Origin: an uncultured Nitrososphaerota archaeon
GTDB taxonomy: Archaea; Thermoproteota; Nitrososphaeria; Nitrososphaerales; Nitrosopumilaceae
Direction: 5' to 3'
Assembly (NCBI GenBank): GCA_963824385.1
Contig: CAWGPD010000004.1
Location: forward strand, 256,001 to 320,000
Length of the DNA stretch: 64,000 nucleotides
The notes under the pieces: generated by a model
Told to the model about the DNA's origin: nothing
What the model saw: the letters and a program-made list of their open reading frames with translations, nothing else
Database searches by the model: none
Part shown: positions 29,748 through 39,433 of the stretch, piece after piece
Layout of the letters: every line of letters begins with the position of its first letter
Position numbering within the stretch: position 1 is the stretch's first letter
Position numbers and translations under genes: made by a program

Positions 29748-31190
29748 TTGAGCAAAGAAATAGGAATTACAGTAAAGAAAAATGAGAATTTTAGTGAATG
29801 GTATACACAGATTGTACTAAAGGCACATCTTGCTGACTATGCACCTGTCAAAGGTCTCATAGTTCTAAGACCTTATGGATATTCAATATGGGAATCTCTT
29901 AAATCATCATTGGACCAAAAATTAAAGGCCACCGGTCATGAGAACGGATTTCTTCCAGTTCTAATACCAGAATCATTACTAAGTAAAGAATCGGATCACT
30001 TTGCAGGATTTACTCCAGAAGTGTTTTGGGTCACCCATTCAGGGGATACAGAAATAGGAGACAGGTTGGCATTAAGGCCAACCTCTGAGGCACTTGCCTA
30101 TTCAATGTATTCAAAATGGATCAAGAGCTGGAGAGATCTTCCAATGAAGATTAATTTTTGGAATTCAGCCCTTAGAGCAGAGATAAAGGCAACAAAACCA
30201 TTTTTGAGGACCTCGGAATTTTTATGGCAAGAAGGTCATACGGTACATGCAACAAAGGAAGAAGCAGAAGAAGAAGTCATGTCCATATTAGACATGTACA
30301 AGAAAACTGTTGAAGAAGAACTAGCAATTCCAGTAATCACGGGGAAAAAAAGTGAGAAGGAAAAATTTGTGGGAGCTGTTTATACTACTACGATGGAATC
30401 AATCATGCCAGATGGTAAGGCATTACAGATGGGAACATCCCACTTTTTAGGACAAAACTTTTCAAAACCATTTGATGTGAAATTTCTAGATAAGCAAAAT
30501 GTAGAAACTTTTGCGTGGCAGACATCATGGGGAGTATCATGGAGGTTAATTGGTGCACTCATCATGCTTCACGGAGATGACAAGGGGTTAGTCTTGCCAC
30601 CAAGAGTTGCACCAATACAAGTAGTCATAGTCCCAATATACTATTCTCCAACTGATAGAGATGCAGTTCTTGGCAAATCTTCAGAGATAAAGGAGACACT
30701 AGTAAAACACAATCTTCGTGTTCATATAGATGCAAGAGACGAAGTAACTCCAGGATACAAATTCAATGATTGGGAAATGAAAGGCGTTCCATTAAGAATT
30801 GAGATAGGTCCAAAGGATCTTGCCAAAGGCAAAACAGTTCTAGTCCGACGAGACAATCTCAAAAAAACTGATCTTGCATTTGAAAATACTGAGGAAGGAG
30901 TTCTAAGTATGTTAAATGAGATTCAGCAAGGACTTTTCCAAAATGCCAAGAACCTTTTAAAAGAAAAAACAAAAAATGTGACAGATTATGAGGAATTCAA
31001 ATCAGAGATGGAAAAAGGCGCGTTTCTTAATTCGCCATGGTGTGGAGAGACCAAGTGTGAAGAGATAATCAAAGAATCAACAGGTGCAGATATACGCGTA
31101 ATTCCTTTTGATGCAAAAAATGAAGGACATGTATGTATAGTATGCAAAAATCCAAGTAAGACTAACGTGATTTTTGCAAGAAGCTATTAG
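29748..31190 (+). CDS. proS: Proline--tRNA ligase (archaeal/eukaryotic type)
   Basis: LRPTSE, FLRTSEFLWQEGH, QTSWGVSWR, C-terminal ARSY. Confidence 0.97.
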   Translation: MSKEIGITVKKNENFSEWYTQIVLKAHLADYAPVKGLIVLRPYGYSIWESLKSSLDQKLKATGHENGFLPVLIPESLLSKESDHFAGFTPEVFWVTHSGDTEIGDRLALRPTSEALAYSMYSKWIKSWRDLPMKINFWNSALRAEIKATKPFLRTSEFLWQEGHTVHATKEEAEEEVMSILDMYKKTVEEELAIPVITGKKSEKEKFVGAVYTTTMESIMPDGKALQMGTSHFLGQNFSKPFDVKFLDKQNVETFAWQTSWGVSWRLIGALIMLHGDDKGLVLPPRVAPIQVVIVPIYYSPTDRDAVLGKSSEIKETLVKHNLRVHIDARDEVTPGYKFNDWEMKGVPLRIEIGPKDLAKGKTVLVRRDNLKKTDLAFENTEEGVLSMLNEIQQGLFQNAKNLLKEKTKNVTDYEEFKSEMEKGAFLNSPWCGETKCEEIIKESTGADIRVIPFDAKNEGHVCIVCKNPSKTNVIFARSY

Positions 31191-31234
31191 CGCATACACT
31201 ACAACTAGGTTTTAGAATTTTTTGAGTTTTAGTT

Positions 31235-31738
31235 TTACGGGTCTACAGTGAATGTGCCTTTCATTTCTGGATGTATTATAGAATAATACGAAAATGTTCC
31301 TTCTTGGTTTGCAAGGAAGTTTATGGTCTGGGCTTCAAAGTAATGCAGATGTCTTGTATGAACATTAAAAGCATCAATATTTAGATCCTGATCTGAACCA
31401 GTATCCTTGTCTTCATTTATGAAATGTAATGCAATCAGAGTTCCTTTATTAACATGAATTGCAGGATTGGTGTTTGTACCAGATATTGATTTCTTTCCAG
31501 TCTTTGTTGATTGTTCGTCATACGAATAACCATCAGTATTATGAATTGCCAATATGTAGATGTTAGATGCTGGTGAAAAATTTGGTGTCGTACCATTTAC
31601 TGGAACGGAAGTTGACCAAAGATAATATACGCCGCCTGCTATTGCAGCAACAAAAATTGCAAGTGTTATTACAGTACCCTTAGAAATAGGACCAGTCTTA
31701 GCCTTACCTTTAGCCTTGTTCTTCTGTTTCTTTACCAC
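31235..31738 (-). CDS. Membrane-anchored cupredoxin-fold protein lacking the type-1 Cu Cys
   Basis: NPAIHVNKG...GTFSYYSIIHPEMKGTFTV. Confidence 0.75.
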   Translation of the reverse strand: MVKKQKNKAKGKAKTGPISKGTVITLAIFVAAIAGGVYYLWSTSVPVNGTTPNFSPASNIYILAIHNTDGYSYDEQSTKTGKKSISGTNTNPAIHVNKGTLIALHFINEDKDTGSDQDLNIDAFNVHTRHLHYFEAQTINFLANQEGTFSYYSIIHPEMKGTFTVDP

Positions 31739-31900
31739 TATGAATTTAACGAAATGTGTGTATATTTAGGTAATGATTATCCAAGATGAGTAAAGGATAA
31801 TACTAAAAGATCGAATGATTAAATCGATTATTTTGAGAAAGGAGAAATTGAGAGTAAAGAATAATATTTCGGTTTGTACCATTTTGGTTGAGATTTCAAT

Positions 31901-33115
31901 ATGAAAAAATTTGAAGTCATTCTGATTGGGATAATAATTGCTCTGTCGGCTACAGTATTGGTACAATTTACCAATGGGAGGACATTAAACGAGATATCTC
32001 AAGCAACAGTTCAAGGTCCGCCTGGACCACAAGGGCCACCTGGACCTCCAGGTCCACCCGGGCCACCAGGCTCATCTGGTTCGCCAAGCGCTATAATAGC
32101 AGATTCACCACTTACTCATATTTTCAAGAGTGTTGAAAATTCGGTAGTCCAGATAACAAGCAAGGTAACAACTACAGATGATAGCATCATAATTAACGGC
32201 GCACCATTAGAAGGTCAATCTACAAGACTTGGTTCGGGTTTCATCTATGATACCAGTGGGAGAATAATTACCAATAATCACGTAGTGGAAGGATCAAAAA
32301 CAGTAAACGTAACTTTTGTTGATGGAAACACATACACTGCTAAAGTTGTCGGTACTGATCCAGGAAATGACATTGCAGTAATACAAATAATAGACAATTT
32401 TACAGATGAGAGTATTGTTCCTTTAACTCTTGCAAATTCATCACAGGTTGATGTGGGACAACAAGTTATTGCAATTGGAAATCCATTTGGGCTTAGTGAT
32501 ACAATGACAACTGGAATAGTAAGCCAAGTTGGCAGACTTCTTCCAAACGAGAATTCAGAAGGATTCTCAATTCCAGACATAATACAAGTAGATGCTGCCA
32601 TCAATCCAGGAAATTCTGGCGGTCCATTATTAGACTTGAACAGCCAGGTGATAGGAATGAATACTGCCATCAAAACTAGCACCGGAGATTTTGCAGGAAT
32701 TGGATTTGCAGTACCGTCTAATACAATTAACAGAATCGCTCCAATTTTAATCAAATATGGAAACTATACCCACCCATACCTTGGGATATCTGGAAGAAGT
32801 TTAGATCCAGATGTTGCCCTTGCAAACGGATTAGCAAGAAACTTCAAGGGAGTACTAGTGGAACAGATAGTCAAGGGAGGACCTGCTGATAAGGCAGGAA
32901 TAATTCCAGCCACACCTGATGAAAACAACATTCCACATGGCGGAGATATCATAACAGCTATTGACGGCCATCAAGTAAAGACGATTTATGACGTCATTGT
33001 ATATCTAGACGAACAGAAAAATGTAGGAGACAAGGTAGTAATTTCAATTTATAGGCAAGGAAAATCAATCGACTTGACTGCTACACTTGAAGCAAGACCT
33101 GTTCCATCATCTTAA
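31901..33115 (+). CDS. HtrA/DegP-like serine protease (trypsin + PDZ) with short collagen-like stalk
   Basis: GSGF, TNNHVV, DIAV, INPGNSGGPL, PDZ; N-terminal TM. Confidence 0.93.
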   Translation: MKKFEVILIGIIIALSATVLVQFTNGRTLNEISQATVQGPPGPQGPPGPPGPPGPPGSSGSPSAIIADSPLTHIFKSVENSVVQITSKVTTTDDSIIINGAPLEGQSTRLGSGFIYDTSGRIITNNHVVEGSKTVNVTFVDGNTYTAKVVGTDPGNDIAVIQIIDNFTDESIVPLTLANSSQVDVGQQVIAIGNPFGLSDTMTTGIVSQVGRLLPNENSEGFSIPDIIQVDAAINPGNSGGPLLDLNSQVIGMNTAIKTSTGDFAGIGFAVPSNTINRIAPILIKYGNYTHPYLGISGRSLDPDVALANGLARNFKGVLVEQIVKGGPADKAGIIPATPDENNIPHGGDIITAIDGHQVKTIYDVIVYLDEQKNVGDKVVISIYRQGKSIDLTATLEARPVPSS

Positions 33116-33693
33116 TTATCTTCAAAAATATTTTCCGAGATTTTAAAATTCCACAGGTTACCAGTTGCTTTTTTTATTCCAATCCGTGGTCCAGATGTGA
33201 TCTCTGATCTTTTTAATTTCACCCCATCAACTATAAACAGATTAGATCTTTTAGTTAGATCTTCGCCATACTCCTTCTTTGTTATTTTTAATGCCTGTGT
33301 CAATTTGGCAGGACCGTTTGTGAGATTAGAAATGTCAGTAGTTTTTCGTTGCTTTAGCATAAAGTCTAGTCCCTGCTTTGGAAAAAGTGATCTGATTAAA
33401 ACTGCACCTGCAAGAGAATTAGAATTTCGTGCTACAGCATTTACACAGTAATGCATTCCATATGTAAAGTAAACATATGCCCTGCCAACTTGGTCAAACA
33501 TGGCTTTATTTCTCTCGGTCATACCTCCAAATGAGTGACTTGCCGCATCATCTTTGTACTTGTAAGCTTCAGTTTCAATAATCATTCCAGAGATTAGATT
33601 ACCAGCAATATTTCTAACTAAAGTTTTTCCAAGCAAGTCTTGAGCAACTTTTACAGTATCCCGAGCATAAAATGAACGCATTAGTAAATTCAT
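33112..33693 (-). CDS. mpg: DNA-3-methyladenine glycosylase (MPG/AAG)
   Basis: IIETEAY, YVYFTYGMHYC, AVLIR, NGPAKL, RIGI. Confidence 0.93.
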   Translation of the reverse strand: MNLLMRSFYARDTVKVAQDLLGKTLVRNIAGNLISGMIIETEAYKYKDDAASHSFGGMTERNKAMFDQVGRAYVYFTYGMHYCVNAVARNSNSLAGAVLIRSLFPKQGLDFMLKQRKTTDISNLTNGPAKLTQALKITKKEYGEDLTKRSNLFIVDGVKLKRSEITSGPRIGIKKATGNLWNFKISENIFEDN

Positions 33694-34271
33694 TTTGAGA
33701 TTTCTACATCCAGACCCTTTCTTAATTTATCTAGAGTTTGTGCAAGTAAGACAAAATCATCTTTGAGAACTTGCCTCAAGGAAGGATTGTAAATAATAGC
33801 AGCTGGATGAACGGTTACAAAATAGAGCTGATCATTATTTTTTACAAGTTTGCCTCGATTTTTAGTAATAGCGCTGCCATCCAGCAAAGAGCTATAAGCA
33901 GTATTGCCCAATATACAAATTATTTTGGGTTTAATTATCTTCAATTCTTCAGATAAAAATTTTCTACATGCATCTCGTTCTTCGGTGTTAGGCTGTCTGT
34001 TATTAGGAGGCCTACATTTTACAACATTAGTAATATACACTTGATCTCTGGTAAATCCAGCAAATTCTAGTGCTTCAGAGAGAATTTGGCCAGCAGTCCC
34101 TACAAATGGTTTACCTTGAAGATCTTCATTTCTCCCAGGAGCCTCCCCTACAAAGATTACATCAGATTTTTCATTGCCAATTCCAGGTACTGCGTTTGTT
34201 CTTGATTTTGAAAGGCTACAATTAATGCATGAGATCACCCTATTTCGTATATCATTTAATTTTTCAGACAT
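33690..34271 (-). CDS. udg: Family-4 uracil-DNA glycosylase
   Basis: C-x2-C, GEAPG, PFVG, KCRPP, HPAA; ATGA overlap with mpg. Confidence 0.93.
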   Translation of the reverse strand: MSEKLNDIRNRVISCINCSLSKSRTNAVPGIGNEKSDVIFVGEAPGRNEDLQGKPFVGTAGQILSEALEFAGFTRDQVYITNVVKCRPPNNRQPNTEERDACRKFLSEELKIIKPKIICILGNTAYSSLLDGSAITKNRGKLVKNNDQLYFVTVHPAAIIYNPSLRQVLKDDFVLLAQTLDKLRKGLDVEISK

Positions 34272-34272
34272 G

Positions 34273-35691
34273 TTATGTTGCCACACTTTTTACAATTGAT
34301 TTACCACGTATATGTGGACCGCCATTTCCCATTCTCATCACTTGCATAGGATCTCCTTTTCCACAATTTGCAATTGGCCTTACTTGGAAATCTTTTCCTC
34401 TAGCATCAATTGATTCAAAAAATTCAGGCGAGTTACCCATTACTATAACATCTCTTAGTAACGCACCCAATTCTCCATTTTCAATTTTTTGAGCATATTG
34501 ACAAGATATACTCCAATTATATCGCATCATATCAATTGAGGGAATTTTCATATTACAGATCAGATATCCGTTTTTAACATCCTTTATCATTTCTTCAGGA
34601 TTCCAATTTCCAGGCTCTATGCACGTGCATGCCATTCGTATAAGTGGCATAAATGAATAACCGCTAGCTCGCATTGATGAATTTGCAGGTGCATCAAATA
34701 GAGCGGCAGTTTCCCTGCTTTGCATATGAGTGTTCAACACTCCATCTTTTATCAGAGTTTTTTTTGTAGCAGACACTCCTTCGTCATCATACTTGTACCA
34801 CCCTAAACTGGATGCAATTGTAGGATCATCAATCACATTAAGTTCTGATGAACCAATCTTTGTTCCAATTTTTCCTGCCCACCAGGAACCACCTGCCCAT
34901 GCCATTTCTTTTCCAAGCACTCTGTCAGCTTCTGATGGATGACCTAAAATTTCATGAGTAAGCAATGCAACAAAATCTGGATTCATTACCACGGTTGCCT
35001 TGTCTTCCTTTACTGTCTGTGCATCAAGTAAGGCATCAGCTTTTTCAGAAATTGATTGTGCAACTATAAGTATGTCATTTTTACCTGTAATCATCTCCAA
35101 TCCTCCCCTACCCCCCTCAGTAGTATTGACTGATTCAGTTAATCCAGAATAATGTGCTGTTGCCGACATGTTTGCTATGACATCATCAAAATTATGAGTA
35201 ATTTTAGAACCTTCACTGTTTACGAAATACTTGTGAAATTTATCATGATGAATAGATACTGATGATTTGATTATTCTTTTTGTACTTTGAATTATACCGT
35301 CTGATTCAATGCCAATTTTCATCATCTCTTCTACAGATGGCAATATCCTTACTTGATAATTTACCACATCAGTAAAAGATTTGACATTTGCAAGTCTTAC
35401 CTTTTGTTTTTTATATTCAGAATAATGCCTAGCCGATTTTATGGCATCAATGATGTTTTCCTGTAATGATTCAAATGATTTTGGGTCAGACATGGAGCAA
35501 AATCCCCATGCACCGTTAACTAGGACCCTTATTCCTAATCCAGAATCATTAGATGAGATGAGATTTTCTACCTCTCCATTTTCAACTACAACCCCAATAG
35601 TTTGTACAGATTCTGCTCTTACATCACAATATTGAGAACCATGTTGGAGCGCAACTTGAACTGCCCTTTCAGCGTAATCTTCCAGAGTCAT
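34273..35691 (-). CDS. tldD: TldD family metalloprotease (start ATG 35691)
   Basis: GLGIRVLVNGAWGF, HEILGH..EADR, DDEG, CGKG. Confidence 0.92.
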   Translation of the reverse strand: MTLEDYAERAVQVALQHGSQYCDVRAESVQTIGVVVENGEVENLISSNDSGLGIRVLVNGAWGFCSMSDPKSFESLQENIIDAIKSARHYSEYKKQKVRLANVKSFTDVVNYQVRILPSVEEMMKIGIESDGIIQSTKRIIKSSVSIHHDKFHKYFVNSEGSKITHNFDDVIANMSATAHYSGLTESVNTTEGGRGGLEMITGKNDILIVAQSISEKADALLDAQTVKEDKATVVMNPDFVALLTHEILGHPSEADRVLGKEMAWAGGSWWAGKIGTKIGSSELNVIDDPTIASSLGWYKYDDEGVSATKKTLIKDGVLNTHMQSRETAALFDAPANSSMRASGYSFMPLIRMACTCIEPGNWNPEEMIKDVKNGYLICNMKIPSIDMMRYNWSISCQYAQKIENGELGALLRDVIVMGNSPEFFESIDARGKDFQVRPIANCGKGDPMQVMRMGNGGPHIRGKSIVKSVAT

Positions 35692-35722
35692 TTTGTTGAA
35701 ATAATAACAATCAAGTCCATAC

Positions 35723-37613
35723 CTATATCGGAGTTCTATATACATCAGTTTTTGGAATTGTAAATGAGAATGTTGTACCTTTAGATAATTCACTTACCAT
35801 CCAAATTCTTCCACCATGAGCTTCTACAATGCCTTTACAAATGGATAACCCCAAGCCGCTGCCTCCCTTTTCTCTTGTACTAGTAGTGTCAACTTGATAG
35901 AACTTTTTGAAAATTCCATCTGTTGCTTCAGCTGGTATTCCACGTCCATTATCCTTGACTGAAACTATAATCTCAGATGTTTTTTCTTCAACAGTTACTT
36001 CGACTTTGCCTGTTTTGGGAGGAGTTGCCTTTAAGCTATTTTTGATTAGATTTGTAAGTACCTGTTTAATTCTTACATCATCATAAGATGCGTAGATATC
36101 GTTTCCTACAGAATAGGTAAGAGCGATACCATCAGCCTCTGCTTGTGGCTGCATTGAAATTATTGTTTTTTCCACAGATTCTTGGATATTATTTCTCTCC
36201 TTCTTTATTCGTAGTTGTCCAAGATCCAATTTTTGTGCATCGAGTAAATCAGATATTAACTGTAACAAAGTTGAAGCACTTGAGCTGAATTATTTGCAAT
36301 CTCTCTTTTTGAGCAGCGTTTAGAGTTCCAAGGTGTCCACCAAGTAGGATATCTGAATACCCCTGTATTGGAACAAGTGGTGTTTTTAGTTCATGAGTAA
36401 CCATTGCAAGAAATTCATCTTTTGCAGTCTCTACTTTCTTTGCCTCTTCCTCTTTTTTCTGGATGGTTGAAGACATTGAATTGAAGGTATCTGCTAATTC
36501 TCCAATCTCATCTTTTGACGAATAGTTGATCTTTTCACCATAAAATCCCTCTCTTACACGACCCATGACTTTTGTCAAAGCCCCAAGAGGCGACAATGAG
36601 CGTCTAATGGATAATACAACTGATACAAATACTACAATATCTGCAACTATTAACAATTGAACCACTATGACATTTGAATGAAGTTTAGAGTCTATCAGTT
36701 CATTCCATTGATTTACAAAGTCCGATGTCGCATCAAGCAATAGGTTTCGCTGAGTATTCAAGTTAGTCAATGCGGCTCCAAAATCTTTGGATAGTAAAGT
36801 ATTAGATTCAATAAAAATTAATTTTACCCGGACAGATTCCCACACAGGGTCGAGTTGTCGTATAGAATCAGAGTTTTCTCTGGGAATTACTGCAAGTGTT
36901 TCTTGAGATATAGTATAATTTGCAAATTCAGTATCATTTAATGGAAGTCCTTCTAGTTTATTCAAATCAGCGTCAAAAGTGATTTGGTCTTTTTTTAGAG
37001 AAGAGGTAACATTTCCACCTTCACCAATAGAATACAACAATGTTTTCTCACCAATATCTTGAGCAATACTTGTCATCTCAAGGGCAATAATTTTATGCTT
37101 GTTATAATTTCGATCTAATGGCATTAGATCATTACTAATTCCATTTGTCAATGAAATCATCTGGCCATTTTTGCCAAGGATGTATTTTAGATCATTTAAG
37201 ACACGTGCATCAAAAATATTTTCTTGTTTTATTTTTTCTGCATCTTCTTTGTAGGGTGTCCATTGATCTCCCACTTTATCATATGCCGGCATTAATTCGG
37301 ATGGAACTGCAACAACATTTAATCCTCCAATATTTCCACCTTCTCCAAGTTTTGCATAAGTGGTATCAAAGTCAGATACTTCAGTTTCCAAAGTCGGTCT
37401 GTCTGCTTCATTACCACCAGCAATTGAGTTGGCAGTGCCTCCGATTCTTTCAACTACGACTTTAAGATCACTTGCATAACTAATAGAATGTAAAACATTT
37501 TGATTTTCTTGAGATGTGAATATGAGAAGATAGAGGTTCACCGCTGAGACTCCTATTATGACTGCAAGTAGTAGGTAGGTCTTTTGGGTAAGTTTCACAA
37601 ATAAAAAAACCAT
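35723..37613 (-). CDS. Membrane sensor histidine kinase (extracellular sensor, HAMP, HisKA, HATPase); +1 frameshift at ~36288
   Basis: DEIGELADTFN, HELKTPL in the upstream ORF; NLIKNS, DNGRG, GSGLGL in the downstream ORF; joined reads IISSSASTLLQLISDLLD. Confidence 0.9.
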
Positions 37614-37662
37614 TCAGAGCGGTATAAAAGTTAGTATAATTGTTATGCAGTAAGAAGTCAAA

Positions 37663-38032
37663 ATGTCTGAAGAGTTTCTAAAGGTAGCAAGACAGGAGAT
37701 ACAATCAGAGATAGACAGTTTGAAAGAGGCTTTGCTTACATGTACTAATGACGAGAAATTCTATAAAAAATCATTAGACATTGAAAAACACATGCACAAA
37801 ATCAAGGGTTTGGCACCCATGATGGGACAAGAGAAAATAGGAGAGATTGCTCGAATAAGTGATTTGATTTTAAAACATGTCATAAACCATGGAATATTGA
37901 AAGGCTCACATGAGATAATTTCAGAAGCAGTTCAGAGAATGAATCATATTTTCAATATAGATTCCAAAATTGAAGATAGACGATTTTAGAAAGCAAGTAA
38001 TTGATGTTTATCCTGACATAACAGATTTTTAA
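37663..38032 (+). CDS. Stand-alone Hpt phosphotransfer protein (possible +1 frameshift ~37978; otherwise ends at 37989)
   Basis: HMHKIKGLAPMMG Hpt motif; +1 frame continues DDFRKQVIDVYPDITDF*. Confidence 0.8.
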
Positions 38033-38075
38033 TTTACACTTGTAATTATATACGACATATTGTCATCTACATAGC

Positions 38076-38438
38076 ATGGCTAGTGTTATGATAGTTGATG
38101 ACTCTGATGCCATTAGAATGGTTTTGAAGGACATCGTAACCATAGGCAAGCACAATCTTGCTGTAGAATTACAAAATGGTGAGCGAGTTTTAGAAGAATA
38201 CATCAAATTAAAACCAGACATTGTTTTGTTAGACATGGCAATGCCAAAAAAAGATGGTGTTTCAGTACTCAAAGAAATTATTGAATTTAATCCAGCTGCA
38301 AATGTAATTATGATTTCAGCAAGTGATAATCAAGAGACTGTAAAAGAGTGTCTAAGTTTAGGAGCCAAGGCATATATTCTAAAACCATTTAATTTTCAGG
38401 AAGTATTAGATATAATCACTCAAGTTGTTAAATCATAA
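38076..38438 (+). CDS. Single-domain response regulator (CheY-like)
   Basis: IVDD, LLDMAMP, ISA, KPF. Confidence 0.93.
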   Translation: MASVMIVDDSDAIRMVLKDIVTIGKHNLAVELQNGERVLEEYIKLKPDIVLLDMAMPKKDGVSVLKEIIEFNPAANVIMISASDNQETVKECLSLGAKAYILKPFNFQEVLDIITQVVKS

Positions 38439-38439
38439 A

Positions 38440-39351
38440 TTAGATTGTCTTGTATCCCTGACTTGACATCCATTTTGCCTTCTCCAATGGAAATCTATTA
38501 CTACATTTGACACAAAAGTAATCTTGTGCTGGCTCTGGGAATTTGTCTCCACAGTCTCTACAGATATAATAATTATCCAGTGATTTGTAATCAACTCCGA
38601 GGATCTTAATCTCCTTGTGACATTTTGGGCATTTGTTTTCTTTGTAAGAATCTTCAATTGAAACATTGCCACATTTGAAATGCTCTATTAGTTTTCCTTG
38701 AGTAAAGTTAGTACTTCTGCATGCTGGACAGAAAAAATTGGGAAGGATTCTTAATGAATTGCATTGATTGCACAAAACCTCTTTTATGTTTGAGATTTTC
38801 ATTATTATTTTCTCATTTTCAAGCTGTGAAAGGCATTTTTTCAGTAGATCGTTTTCAGTACCAGAATATTCAGAAAGTCGTGCAAAACTCATCCTTGAAG
38901 AAGATTTTAGATGCGAGGTAATTCTTTCAAGGTCATCAGTAGGTTTTTCCTCAAGAATAGATCTCTCTTGTTCTAGAGTTTCAAAGACACTTTTGAGATT
39001 TTCAAATCTGATTGGTTTTTCAATATAGAGATAAGCCCCTCCTCTAAGAGCGCCTTTGATTTGTTCATCCGACTTGGAATCTGCAGTTTCAAGAATAATT
39101 TTTGTGTCAGGACGTATGTCAAAAATACTTGCCATCACTTCATTTGCGTTCATATCTGGGAGATGAAAGTCCAGTAAAACTATAGGCTGCTTTCCAGCCG
39201 ATTCCAGTTCAGAAAATACCTGAATCCCTGTCTTTCCATCGGTACATGCCTCAATATTTTCATATCCTAGTTTTTTTAGAAAATCTCTTAGTAAGATAGT
39301 TGTAGCCATACTATCCTCGATTATAAGGACGTCATTTTTTCTTCCAGACAT
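38440..39351 (-). CDS. Response regulator with Zn-ribbon output domain (TackOD1-like)
   Basis: Receiver IEDS/LLDFHLP/KP; CNQC, CPAC, HFKC, CPKC, CRDC, CVKC. Confidence 0.88.
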   Translation of the reverse strand: MSGRKNDVLIIEDSMATTILLRDFLKKLGYENIEACTDGKTGIQVFSELESAGKQPIVLLDFHLPDMNANEVMASIFDIRPDTKIILETADSKSDEQIKGALRGGAYLYIEKPIRFENLKSVFETLEQERSILEEKPTDDLERITSHLKSSSRMSFARLSEYSGTENDLLKKCLSQLENEKIIMKISNIKEVLCNQCNSLRILPNFFCPACRSTNFTQGKLIEHFKCGNVSIEDSYKENKCPKCHKEIKILGVDYKSLDNYYICRDCGDKFPEPAQDYFCVKCSNRFPLEKAKWMSSQGYKTI

Positions 39352-39433
39352 AAGATGTGTTTCAATATCATGCTATATTATTCTTAAAGAAAATACAGGT
39401 ATGGTTAAAAGGTGCAGAAAATGACTACCACTC

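Noticed and set aside
35692..35793. N-terminal extension of TldD given in the ORF track
   Set aside because: Overlaps the kinase 3' end; family similarity begins at ATG 35691
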